Source: Tubiluchus corallicola
Lineage: Eukaryota; Animalia; Priapulida
Assembly: GCA_030141605.1 (NCBI GenBank)
Contig: JAQGDQ010000286.1
Coordinates: 186,001-250,000, forward strand
Direction of reading: 5' to 3'
Length of the DNA stretch: 64,000 nucleotides
The position numbers were made by a program, and so were the translations under genes. This document shows positions 51,115-63,606 of the stretch, one piece after another. Below the pieces are notes generated by a model. It saw only the letters and a program-made list of their open reading frames with translations, searched no databases and had not been told where the DNA came from. Each line of letters opens with the position of its first letter. Position 1 is the stretch's first letter.

Positions 51115-53817
51115 TTATTTTGCAAAACGATGTACATCCAGCATCGTAGCAGACCTTTCTTTTGCAATTACTTTACTTAAGTGATGATGCTTTGATGACT
51201 TTTCATCAGATTCTGGAAGACGAAATAAAGTTTTAATTGCATCAAAACGTAGATTACTGCCTGCTCTTTCAGCTTCTGCAATATCAGAAACAAGGTCAAC
51301 ATTTTCAAAAGAGTTAATTTTCAAATATTCCGGAGTTGACGTCGGAAGCATATTTTCATTGTAACGCACGACATCCATATTAAAAGTAGTACCTGTGTGA
51401 ATATTTGACACCTGCGGCAAATGTTCCATCGCTTCCTGCCATTTCTCGAAGGTTTTCAAACCTTCACGATATTCTTCTAACTGTAAATCAATTGGTTTAT
51501 TTGGAAAGTAGTAATCAGTCACTGAATAAGGGAGCTTTCTTGCAGTGGGTTGTGTCCCAGGAGCAGGATCAAATATATGCAGAGGAGAATACTTTGGCGC
51601 ATTTATCAACTCCTGTGGAACTGTAAACTCACTGTGCACTGTACGAGGTTCTGTTTCTTCCACACTATGTTTGCTGCTAGGTTTTGATATGGTTACACTT
51701 GACTCAACTGATTCGGCTAAATCAGTTGCTAATTCACCTTCAAGATGTTTTTTGCTCAAGCACTTATTAGCAAAGTAAAGGTACATTACTTCCACCCGTT
51801 CAATCCCAGGAAAATCAGCAAATTCTGGGAACAAACATTCGTGATTTTGGGGAAAGTTGAAATTAATATCGTGAAGAGAGATATCTGGTATGTTACTTGT
51901 GGCGACATCTGGCATAGGTAGCTTATTGTAAATCCCAAGGTCACATTTGCCCACTCTTGGAGGTGCTGGGAACTGCGATAAGTCATACTGGCCAGGCATG
52001 TGGCCTGTCAAAAAATCTACTTGGGGAAGACTCTTTGTTTTGCTAATTTTCTCAAAACTAAGGGCTTTTTTACTTTCGACACCCGTAATGTCAGAGACAT
52101 CTTCAGACGACATATCGCCCTCTATATTGACAACAGAACACTGTTCAAATTGGATTTTTGCTAAATAATCTTTGATCTTTCTTAATCTTTTCTCCATCCT
52201 ACATCGATATATCACTTTCCATGTAGCAGCGATAAATCTTTCTAATGTTCTTTGTCGCTGGGCCCACAGATTAATCTTTCCTCTGTCAAAAGATGGCTGA
52301 CGTATAACTGTATCATCAGCACTTCTACAGGTTCTTCCTGCTAATGAAACTGTAGCAACATCAGAGCCTAACACTGATTGCTCTGACATGAAGACCATTG
52401 CCTCTTCTGTCTGTGATAACTCAGCCTTAGTTTCAGAAGTAAGAGGCAAAAATCCATGTTTTACATCAATTTTTTCACTGTCCTCCTTATCGATTTTCTT
52501 GCACCTGTCCAAGAAAATTTTTTCTTTGTCCATTCTACTCAGTTTGCTGCTTGCATATTTTTTATTTACCTTTACTAAGACATCTTCACATCTTGAACTA
52601 CTCTTGCTTTTGTGCTTCTTTAAAAATAAAATATTCTTCTGTTGACCTGCTTGATGTTTCCGCTCAAAAACTTTGTCTTGAAAAACTTGTTTTTCTGGTA
52701 ATCTTAGGTCACTAGTTTCATGTTCAATTATACTTGCAATATCTCTTTTTAGTGAGTCCATGCTTTCCTCTAAAACAGACTGCTGAAGTTCCATGAGTGC
52801 TAAGCCAGCGCTTTCAACAACATCTGACTCACTTCTGTCACAAGGCTGCAAAAGACTTTCATTTGATGTTGTCAGTAAAAGTCTACTACTTTTGCTAGCA
52901 GCAGTTCCATCCACGGCTTCTGTTGATGTTTCTGTGGCATCGTTCACACTTTTTAGCGCAGCAGAACTATCACCTAAAACTTTCTCTGTTTCGGATATGA
53001 ATGGCAGTTTTTCCGTTGAACCAGTTATAACACAGGTCAATGGAGTACTGTCAAAATGCAGTAAATGCAAATGAATTTCTGCACAAGCTGCTTCCAGATT
53101 TACTGGTTTAAATGTGATGAAAAACCTTTTCTCAGACATTCCAGGAATTACACCATCACGAGGATGATAGGTAAATGCCGGATGATCTTGTACAATGGTC
53201 ACCCAGAAACTACATTCTGCAGCCATATCATTCTTTAGAGGAAGAGCAAGAGTTTTGCTTTCTCCACATTGTAAAGCAGGAAACGTTAAAGCTTCGGGAA
53301 AACTTGGCAGCAACTGTGCTTCCGTTGCATGGATTGGAATTAGTAAATTCTTATTATTCTGGCAATGTATCCTAATACAGTCATAGTAATAGCGTGTTTC
53401 TTGAGGAGTAAACACAATGTTAACAGTCATTTTCAAACCTGGCAAAATGGTTCCTTTTTTGGTATAAGAAATCGAGAAAAACTCTGTCTGCGGAGGAATT
53501 ATGTGTATCTTTTGGCTTCTCACAGAGGTATTTATGATTTGCAAAGTTAACTTTTGAGAACTTCCTGACACAAACTTGGAAAAATGTAACACGGCCGGTT
53601 TAACAAATATGTCTTCATTCTTTTCTTGTGTGAATACTTTGGTTTCCAGTAAGTGGTTAGGGACACCTGCACATGATGCTGGTTCAACTTCTCCACACAA
53701 GAAAGTGGACAAGCTTCCTTGTAGGAGTTTGGGTGACAATGACAGATTTTCTACCGCAATTTGACCTTCATTTGGTATATTGCATACGTCAAGCGAGAAG
53801 CACTCAGAACTAGCCAT
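51115..53817 (-). CDS. CFAP221: Cilia- and flagella-associated protein 221 (PCDP1), single-exon CDS, 900 aa
   Basis: Uninterrupted ORF with CFAP221-type motifs VPNHLLETK, IHIIPPQT, RYYYDCIRIHC..LLIPIHA, tandem Ig-like (ASH-type) domains, a basic IQ-like helix (LERFIAATWKVIYRCRMEKRL) and PLHIFDPAPG. Confidence 0.9.
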   Translation of the reverse strand: MASSECFSLDVCNIPNEGQIAVENLSLSPKLLQGSLSTFLCGEVEPASCAGVPNHLLETKVFTQEKNEDIFVKPAVLHFSKFVSGSSQKLTLQIINTSVRSQKIHIIPPQTEFFSISYTKKGTILPGLKMTVNIVFTPQETRYYYDCIRIHCQNNKNLLIPIHATEAQLLPSFPEALTFPALQCGESKTLALPLKNDMAAECSFWVTIVQDHPAFTYHPRDGVIPGMSEKRFFITFKPVNLEAACAEIHLHLLHFDSTPLTCVITGSTEKLPFISETEKVLGDSSAALKSVNDATETSTEAVDGTAASKSSRLLLTTSNESLLQPCDRSESDVVESAGLALMELQQSVLEESMDSLKRDIASIIEHETSDLRLPEKQVFQDKVFERKHQAGQQKNILFLKKHKSKSSSRCEDVLVKVNKKYASSKLSRMDKEKIFLDRCKKIDKEDSEKIDVKHGFLPLTSETKAELSQTEEAMVFMSEQSVLGSDVATVSLAGRTCRSADDTVIRQPSFDRGKINLWAQRQRTLERFIAATWKVIYRCRMEKRLRKIKDYLAKIQFEQCSVVNIEGDMSSEDVSDITGVESKKALSFEKISKTKSLPQVDFLTGHMPGQYDLSQFPAPPRVGKCDLGIYNKLPMPDVATSNIPDISLHDINFNFPQNHECLFPEFADFPGIERVEVMYLYFANKCLSKKHLEGELATDLAESVESSVTISKPSSKHSVEETEPRTVHSEFTVPQELINAPKYSPLHIFDPAPGTQPTARKLPYSVTDYYFPNKPIDLQLEEYREGLKTFEKWQEAMEHLPQVSNIHTGTTFNMDVVRYNENMLPTSTPEYLKINSFENVDLVSDIAEAERAGSNLRFDAIKTLFRLPESDEKSSKHHHLSKVIAKERSATMLDVHRFAK

Positions 53818-55398
53818 TGGGTAGAAGTTTCACTTACAAAGCTCAAGTACAGTAATCTGTAAAAATAAATAATAAATACCTTTACACAAAACTCGTTTGA
53901 TATGTCGATGTCCAACAATTAGCAAAGCAACCTTTAGTAATCTTAGGTAAAAATAAACTAGTACACATGAACAAAATTACATATTACAGAATAGAGGTAG
54001 TCTCATGGCAAAAAATCAAACAGAGAAAGAGCAGTTCAGAGTCTTGACAACAATGTCAAATACCTAAAACTGCTGAAAGATTGTCTCAGAAGCACAGGAA
54101 AATTTTCATATAAACCATTAATTGTTAAAAGTTATCAATCATGCTATATAAAAATGAGCTAACAAAGGTTATCCTACAGGTTAGGGCCAGATTATAATTA
54201 TTTAAAAATTCCTAACCATTCACAGGCATTCACATTCACATTCCTAAACATAAGCATGCACAGATTGAAATGGCAGCCGTTTTTCGCCACTTGTCTGTTT
54301 TATAAATACAATGATACCTACACATAAACAATCCACAGTTACAAACAATCGTCAATTTTTTAAATATTTTTGTAGACCCCTGAATTAAAATTTCACACAT
54401 GATACACGCCTGCATGGTTAGGTTGCATTTTAAGTTATGTTCTGCACTTCTAACACAACACAAATTCCTTAAGTTTCCTACATTTTTTGAAATTGCGTAA
54501 AACCCTAAAAATGACTAAATATAATCATTAACATATTGTCTGCCTCTATGAGCATTTTATTTATTTATTCATTTTATTTTATTTTATTTTTATTTTTCAC
54601 TTCAGCACAACAGTACAAAACAATGTACAAAAAAAAATAAAATGACCAAAATAACAAAACAATTAACATCAAATCAGAAAAAATTACGTAAGTCGTACAT
54701 ATTGTGTAACAATACCATAGATATGGTTTATGTAGATCAAAGATCTTGGTGATTGCTTAGAAGTGTTCTGCATTCTAGACTGTCTTGCTGTTCTGATCTT
54801 CTTTGTTTAAGTTCCTTATTAGTTTAATAAATACTATTTTATTATGCACGCATTTGTCTGGTTGCTGATATAATTGTAGCGTGTAACATATTGTACTGCA
54901 GAACACTGAAGAAGCTGAGAGCTTGTAAATGCTTTCTGGAAATGTGAAAAAGAGAAGGAAAAAGGTGGTAGTAGTAATAAACGTTTGGGAAAAATAGTGT
55001 GAAGAATGGCGATCGATGGGGTGGGGTGCATTGCAAAAAAACCATATTCTTGAATGATAAGTACAACATATAAAGACATAGACAAAGACAGACATAAACT
55101 ACAATTGATGTTTGCAAATTTGACAATTAACAAAGATATACGTTATGTACATATAATATATATTAACAAGATAAACAAACTATAAGAATAGACAAAGATA
55201 GACATAGCATTTAGTTTACACTGGTTTCAGTTTTAAATAGCAACTGCTCTTAGACTTTGAATACCAAATCTAACGGAATCATACCAAAATAATATCGTGT
55301 TATCCGTTTTTATTATAAGTTAGTACGCGCGTTGCACAAAGAAATTGTACGTGTCATCGAATTTGAACCTCTTTCGATAAAATCAATGTTGTTCAGCC

Positions 55399-55417
55399 GT
55401 TGCTATGGTTATAAACA
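55399..55417 (-). promoter_or_regulatory. RFX X-box-like motif with adjacent forkhead-type site, candidate CFAP221 promoter
   Basis: GTTGCTATGGTTAT (55399-55412) followed by ATAAACA (55411-55417), next to a CpG-richer patch. A splice acceptor at 53857-53858, just 5' of the ATG, implies a 5'UTR intron. Confidence 0.55.
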
Positions 55418-56919
55418 AGTTATTTTTGCAAAGTGCGCGGTGAATATTCCGCCAACGTATCCCTCGTACGCGCGCGACCACACGATGCTGCGTGGAGCCT
55501 GCATGTAGTCCATGTACCTCAAAACCACATGTTTACGTCAATCGCTTCAAACTAGGCTAGCGCCCACGCAGGACAAGAGGTACCAGTAGAAAAGTGAAAA
55601 CATGTCAAAGAAAATATAATAATTAATTGTGATAGTTTGGTATCACGTTAATTCGTTACCATTAAAGGCAAAAGCCAAGTCTTTCGGGAAGTTGAGCTTA
55701 TTTTGATATTTGAGAAAAATCTTAGAAGGTCTCACCTATAAGATTGTGATAAGTGACTAGTGTAATTGGTAACATCAATTTATAAAGTCGTGATCGTTCA
55801 AAATTGGACGTCCTCATTTTGAAGGAATAATGCCGTCATCAGATTAATGTACAATTACATCCGTTTCAATCTAAGACTATCCAGGCTATTAGGCTAGGCC
55901 ACTTAATTGTAAAATTACTCAAGTGCTTAGTGCAGTGGGAAAAACGAGTCCACCAAGTCTTCTATAAGTAAGTGGCTTAATTTTGAAAATATGCAAATCC
56001 ATTTGCTCTAAATAGAAACTTGGCAATATCTACAATGGGAAATTATAATGTATTATGAACTTCTTCAGTTCTTTGAACTACTTGACAATAAATATACTGC
56101 GCTACTGTTGCACAATACAACTTCGAACACCATTGCGCAAACAACACCATTTGCTCCAATCAAGCGGCTTAAGCCTACTGGCAATCTGCACTAAAATTAA
56201 TCTGACTATCCCGCGTTCAATGTTACATTTCAACATACAAGAAATTGAAAAAAATGCATACAGAGCGCATATTATACAAGCCTGCATTACTTACATCAGT
56301 CATACAATGCAAGTTCGAGCACCATTAATTTGTGTAAATAACACTATTTTCACCAGTCGAGTCTACTTTCAATCGGCATTAGAGATGGCTATCTTGTGTT
56401 TAATGGAAAATTTGTTTCAGATCTGCTCAAATTTGTTTCAACTAACCAGCCGAAAGAAATAGACTTATTTGCCTGATGTAGAATGAATAATTAACCAATT
56501 CAACCCGAATGTAGCTAAAACAACCAATTAATTCTGGCTGCTTCATTTTCTTATTTTACGGGATTACGCTGTCGTAAATAATAAGCTAGATCCGGTCTTA
56601 CTATTAACGGACATATGTAATTGTTTAGGAGTTGTAGAGAAAATAATATACAGAGAAATAAAGTCATTTTACGTTATTGACGCTATATACCTAAATTTCA
56701 TTTTTTCACAGATTTTCTCTTCTCACAATTTGAGACGTGCTGCTTCCAAAAACTATAAATTATGGTGATTAAGATTCTGCATAAAACATTATAGCAGTAT
56801 CTTCTTGTTTTACCACCGGATTTTATTTATATATTTATTTATTTATTAAGATTCTGCTTACAGCTGAATCTCTTTGTTTTACCACTGATTTTTATTTATT
56901 AATTATTTATAGTACGCCT

Positions 56920-59410
56920 TTTTGTTTCATCAAAAACTCGCACATGCACAGGGCAAGGTTCACAAAACTTACAGGGCACACTCTCCTGGTAAGAGGATTT
57001 ATGTTCGCACATGACCCGTCACCCTTGGATCAAAGGTCACAGAGCGGGCAGAACATTTTGTTTTTTTTCGTTAGGCTGGATTTCCTCCTACAGTTTTTGA
57101 GTTAGGGCCACAATGTGGCTAGGTGATGTCGAGTTGTTATGCACGGCTGAATATGAGCGAATTGGGTGTGTGAAAATTTTTCGGTAAGAGGCAAGGGTGT
57201 CGGGGACACCAGTACTTCCAATTTGGGGTAACACTGTCGTGTAATATATCAAATGAAAGGTCTTGTTGAGACGAATCGAATGGTATAACTTTCGCTGATT
57301 TTGGCTAGCCCATGACCCCACTAGGGGACAGAAACCGAAATCACGGGTTGGGACACTAATGCTTCCGTGTCAAGTAGCAGTAGCTTGTACTACGTCAAAT
57401 GAAAGGTATTGATGAGCAGAATGGAATGGTATGAAGTTACGCCCAGATTTGTTGACTCTTGACCTGCTAGGAGGCAAAAAACAAAATTGAGGGTCATGTA
57501 GACAAATGCTTTTCAGTGTCCAGCAGCATCAGGTTGTCAGTATATCAAATGAAAAGTATCAATGAGACTAATCGAGTGGTATAAGTCATGCCTGCATTTG
57601 TTGACCCTTGACCTCGAGGTCAGAGGTAAAGTGGAAGTCCCAGTTTTAGTGTCTTACAATACATCAAATGAAAGGTCTCGATGAGACGAATTGAATGAGA
57701 CAACCTAAGCTTAGACTGGTCAACCACAGGCCCCACTAGAGGATGATAAGTGAAATTGTCTGGCAGTAATACAAAATCTTCCTACGTTGAGCAACAGTAT
57801 GTTGTAGCATATCAAATGAAAACTCTTGATGAGAAGAATTGAATGGTGTATCTTGACCCGTATTTGGTCAGCCTTGAGCCACTGGTCACTGATCAAAAAG
57901 TTACAAATTCTGATTTCATTGAAACTGTTAATCGAGTCAGACACAACCGTACTTACGTAAATTGACCAACACACAGTGTTGTTAATTATTTTGAAAACAA
58001 TTTTATTTGTAGATACAAAACAAAATATGTCATTTAAAGCACCTCCTGTCACAGAAGCAGAACCTTACCACAGTTTTCGACACAGTCAAAGACGTCCAGT
58101 AGTTTATTTTTATTCTCCGCTACGACGCTTAATAGCTCTAAAACCATACTAGATAGAGACCCCAGACTTGCAGGGCAGACACCTGGGGTAGGGGTACAGA
58201 CATTGGTATCATGACCGTTGACCTCCTGTCAAAAGGTCAAGGACACTGGGCATCGGCTATTTTTTCGATTATCATTCAACCGATTTCGATTTCGAACAAC
58301 TTCTCCTAGGAGTTTGAGTCAAATTCAAATTTTTTTCACAGGTATTTAGATCTTTTGGTGTAGATGTGCATTAGGTATTTTTCAAAAATTGGTGTGTGGA
58401 AAATTCCGAGTTAGGAGCCGAAATGTGAAAATTTGGGCAAACGGCTTTGTCGTTCAACTCCTCTTAGTCGATTATGGGTCTAGGGGGTCAATGTTTATGT
58501 ATGTTTGGGTAACCGGGTAGGTCTAGATGTGCATTCAGTATTTTCAAAAAGTGCGTGTGGTCAAGTCACGTTACATAAGCGAAAGTGTTAAAATGGGTTC
58601 ACGTCAATAACTCTAAAAGTACAAGAGCTAGAATCACAAAACTTGTAAAGCGGACACCTGAGGCAGGCAGTCAGACGTGACATCAGACGTGATGTGGGTC
58701 AAAAGTCACACAGTATTTGAATAACAGTCCATGTTTTTGCATGTATTGGTAGCGGGGTAATGATAGATTTGCATTAAGTATTGTTTGAAAAATAGGCATG
58801 TCCAAGTCACGTGACATTGGTGAAACTGTTAAAATTTTGTCAATACCTGGAAAAGTAAACAAGCTGGAGTCACAATATTTACAGGGTGGGTACCTCGCGT
58901 CAGGGCACAGACAACGGAAAACCAGACGGTGACCTATGGTCAAAGGGTCAAGGACAGTAGACAGTAGACATAGTTTTCGTTAGGCTTTATTTACTATTAC
59001 AGTTTTTGAGCTAAGGCACAATTTTTGGTATGCGGCTAGATGAGCCCAATCTCTTATGACTGACTGAATTCAGGTCATTTGGGATAGCAAAAAAATTTCG
59101 ATGAGGAACCAAAAACTGAAAATGGGTGGGTTGTCACAGATGTTTTGCCGGTCTTGAAGAATAGTGGCTTGTAGTGCATCAAATAAAAGGTTTCGATGAG
59201 ATGAACTGCACGGTATAGGTTGGCCCGAAATTGGCTGACCCCTGACCTACGATCACGGGTCTAAATGTCGCAAGTTGCGATTTCGTTGAAACGAAATGCA
59301 AGCATTGTGAATACACTGAAGACAATACTGAGACCTTCAGATCCAAGACCCATGGGGTTGCGATCCGAAAGTGGCATGTTCCAATTTCATCGAAACAAAA
59401 TGCAGCTACG
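56920..59410 (+). mobile_element. Modular interspersed repeat, Helentron/HINE (DINE-1)-like, with a degenerate ~147-bp tandem array
   Basis: Reiterated modules (ATCAAATGAAAGG..GAGACGAATCGAATGG x6; AAACTT.CAGGG..CAAAGGTCA x4; TAGATGTGCATT-like x3) and a terminal hairpin ATTTCGTTGAAACGAAAT at 59280-59297. The family assignment is inference. Confidence 0.55.
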
Positions 59411-59712
59411 TTACTTTAAAGTAATGTATTATCACATTGCACTACATTACATAATTTTGATATTGCTTTTCTCTCAGTATATAGTTAAAGGACTTTACGA
59501 AAACAGCAGAGCTACTACAGCCACCTGTGAGTGCACTTTCAATGTGTTTACTGTGCTTACTTTCCCAGGTAAGTAAGACCTTGACTTACGAGGCATGTAG
59601 GCTATTAGTAAGTAAATATCAGCCTCAAAAAGAAGGCGTGCCATAAGATTTATTACCCTGATTCCCAGACTCCGAATTTTCGTCAGTTGTAGTAACTTTT
59701 GTATATTTGAAA

Positions 59713-59838
59713 ATGTTTTCAAAGTTATCTGGGTTGGCTAGCATTACTTTCGACGACTTACAAGACTTTGTGAAAGAAAATCAGCGTGTTCTGATAACGT
59801 CAGCATTTGGGGTGGTTGTGATTTTCCACACCTATCGG
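59713..59838 (+). CDS. FAAH: FAAH exon 1 (MFSKLSG...[17 protein letters not shown])
   Basis: AAAATG start, hydrophobic anchor, CGG|GTATGT donor. An upstream CAG|GTAAGT at 59568 suggests a short 5'UTR intron. Confidence 0.7.
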
Positions 59839-62800
59839 GTATGTATATTATGTACTAAAACAATATCTGATTGCCAGACCTTGAAAAGAAATTTTGTCAT
59901 AAAATTTTTTGTTTGTTTTGTATATAACGAATATATAAAAATTATATCTACCTGTATGATAAATTTGATAATTCCATACATATATTTAATCCGAATCAGA
60001 ATTACAGCATAAATGATGTTCTCAGATGATCATGTTCATATAAAATTTTTACGTCTATTCATTTTCTATGTCCACGTGAAGTCGTGTAATGCATCATTTA
60101 TTCCCTGAATTCCAATGTACATACAATTTGTAACATCTAATATTTACTTTACAATAGTCACAAACAATTGATATGCATATAAGTGTCTTTTTCCGTTAAA
60201 ATTTTTATAAACGTTTAGATGATCTACACTTTTATTGTAATAACCTATAGGTCACCTTAAGTCGCTGTCGTAAAGTTGAAAGTAATTATGATTTTGTGCA
60301 TTGGATTTTTCCTACCTTGTTAGCGCTGGTTGCTCTAGCACTTTTAACTTTTCACTATTTTTTGTGCATTATTACTTTGTTAAACGTTACTTTCTTACTT
60401 TGTTAAAAGTGCAACAAAATTCTTTCATTCATTCATTTTTCGCAACTCTTGCTAGATTTCTTAAACATATTTCTTCTATGTAGTCTCTAATTATTATTTA
60501 AACGATTTTTGATGACAGTACTACAAACGTCAACAACGAATTAGTGCAACAAGAGCGCAAATTGCAGAGAAGCTTGAAAGAATTTCAGCAAAGAAACGCG
60601 ATTTAGCAAACAAACTTCGTACTACAGACCAGGTACGTTTTCAAAATAGCCATGAAGCCAGTAGATTTCTCGTTTCTTTTCCTCATGCGGTATGTTAGTC
60701 AACAAGTTAACACTATTTTATCTATAGATATGTATATACGTAAAGGGACTTTAGTTCTGTGAGTCTTTTCGGCAAAGCATCCCTCGCAACAAACGAACAC
60801 ACGAACGTTTTTAAGTAGTTGGTCCTATCATTTGACCTTTGACCCTATGGCCCAAAATTGACAGGGTTCTTCCTCCATTGATGGGTGATCTATATGTAAA
60901 AGACGAAAGCCTTGTGTCAGTTACTGGGTTTTAAAGTGTGTCAACAAACTTTTTCAAGTATCGTGTTCTGGGACTCTGACCTTCGAGGCCCCAAATCCAT
61001 AGAGCTCTGACCAGATGGGTGATGTATATGTGAAAGGTGAAAGCTTTGGGTTAATTATTTAGGACTGAAATGCGTCCACAGCCTTTTCTCAAGCATCGTG
61101 CCATGTGTCTCTGACATTCTACCTTGGGACCCCAAAATACGATTGGGTTCTTCCTCTATTGATGGGTGATCCATATGTGAACGATAAAGACGTTGACACA
61201 GGCTTTTCGAAATTACGGACAGACAAACGGACGAACAAATGTACGAACCGGAGCACGAATGGAGGAGACAAAAAATGCACACAAGCAAATGTTATACCTA
61301 TTACGGAAAAAAATTGTGCCACGGTAAATATGTGTTGTTGTTCTTTTTTTTTGTTTAACTTAATTAACTAACTTGAAGTGTACAATATATATATATATTA
61401 TATATATTATATTATGTTATGTTATGTTATGTTATGTTACGTTACGTTACGTTACGTTACGTTACGTTACGTTACGTTACGTTACATTACGTTACATTAC
61501 GTTACATTACATTACATTACATTACATTACATTACATTACATTACATTATATTATATTATATATATAATGCCTTATATAGCATGCTTTAAGTATTCCTGT
61601 GCTACACATTTGATTTGTGATAAGTATACTCCAGTCTTTTAATTGTAAGAGAATTAATTCTATTTCAGATAGTGCTAGGGAAAAGGAAGCAAATAATCAA
61701 ACTTGGAGTGAGAGAAATTGCTGAAGCCGTGAAAAGTGGAAAATACACTGCGACAGAAGTGCTCCAAGCATTTCAAGCTCGAGTGAGTAGACTCATTTAA
61801 CCTGCTCATCAGCACCTTTTCCGAAACACAGTTTCCTGCTTGGAACTGATTTTAACTGCGCATGATATAATTTTTTGACGAACAACGCAGTACAGTATAC
61901 AATTCAATGTACAATATTCTTTAATTTATGATAAGTACATGTACAATGAAGAGCATAGTTTTAAAACTAGTTTTACATTCTCTGTCATACCACTTTTTAT
62001 GTTTTTTTCAGTTTTGTTTCATACTGGCGCCTTTGAGGAGGTTTTTTAGCTGGTTCAAGTAGCGCTTCAGTAATTACATTTAAATTAGTTTCAATACTAC
62101 TGACGTCCCGTCTTTAACTCGCTTGATGATTGCAGGTGCATCGAAAGCATTTTTAAAATTTTGGATAACAACATCTTTATACTCCATCTATAAATAAAAG
62201 TTTTTTCAATAGCTGGTTTAGGTCTAAGTAGGGCATTAGGTTTACATGCACGTAATTGAGCCGAAAGTTTCAGTGATCTGAAAAACTTGTAATGCATATA
62301 GTCTCAACTCAAATGTACTGCTATCACATAACATATATAGTCAACTAAGCTTTTCCCCTGATATTTAAAGCAGGTAATCCTACTATATTTAAGAGATACC
62401 AAAGTGAGCCGAAATTACAATTCTAATAAATATACGTATACCGAGTTCTTTACAGGCACTCGAAGCGACAGACCTTACTAATTGCGTCACAGAGTTCATA
62501 GATGAAGCTAACGTAAGTATCAACGCAGTTGTACTCTTGAATCAAAACAGTTTTCTTTATTATTATCGCTAAAAACAAGATTAATGTCATCTGTAAATTG
62601 CAAATGCTCACTTATCAAGACATTTTCTTTAAAGGCTGTCGCTGAACAACTCGATCTCAATCCTCCAGAAAATCCTGGGCCCTTGTTTGGTGTGCCGTTT
62701 ACAGTTAAGGAATGCATTGGTGTTAAGGTAATATAAAGCTATCAGATTGATCTAAAACTATGTAAATTTATTGAACTTTACTTAGCTGTAATGGCTCGAT

Positions 62801-63573
62801 ATCATAAAATATTCATTAATATACAAAATGCAGTAGATATAAAAATCGTCCAGAAAAAACGTCCCACGGACATTTGTAAAAGACACCTACATCATCGCAT
62901 AGCCTGGCTTTTCATTTTTCCAAAGAGCTATAAATTTCCCTCAAAAACTCTCATCAAGCGCCACTAGGACGTTTTCCATACTGTGTGCATCTAGGAACAG
63001 CAGGTGAAAAACTCCAAATATCATCGTTTAATGCTCATTGCCGGAAAACCACACAGACAAACTATTCTAGTAGCGCCTGGTGGGGATCTTAGGAGAAAAA
63101 TATGTAGCTGTTTGGAGAGAGGAGAAATCAAGGCGCACGATAACGTGGCTCTCTTTTATAAATGCCTCTACCACGAAAAAGGGCTAGTAGGCTGAGAGTT
63201 AATTCGGAGGAACGTTTTTATATGGAAGACCTTGTATTGTGACTTTCTTCCTTGTTTTAGGGATACGATTCTACAGCTGGAGTGAGCAAATTTATCGACA
63301 AACCAGTAGAGGAAGATGCGATAATCATCAAAATACTTCGTGATAATGGTGCAATTCCGTTTGCAAAAACTAATGTTCCACAGTCTCTCTACTGGCAAGT
63401 GATATTACAGTTTCTTGGATGTTAGAAATGATCAAGATTTTGACACATTTGTCCTCATCTGCACCCCGTGTTGGAATATTTTTCTATTTTTAATTTTTTA
63501 CGTTACACGACGCATCACATAGTATATAGAATAAGTAGTTAGTGTTTAAACTAAACTGATGTGCTCATATTAC

Positions 63574-63606
<33 letters not shown>

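Noticed and set aside
51405-53764. Multiple short ORFs overlapping CFAP221
   Set aside because: Antisense or alternate-frame shadows of the long real CDS.
57248-57850. CRISPR-like repeat-spacer array
   Set aside because: The cores are degenerate, the spacers are about 80-110 bp and weakly homologous to each other, no cas genes are present, and the context is a eukaryotic interspersed repeat.
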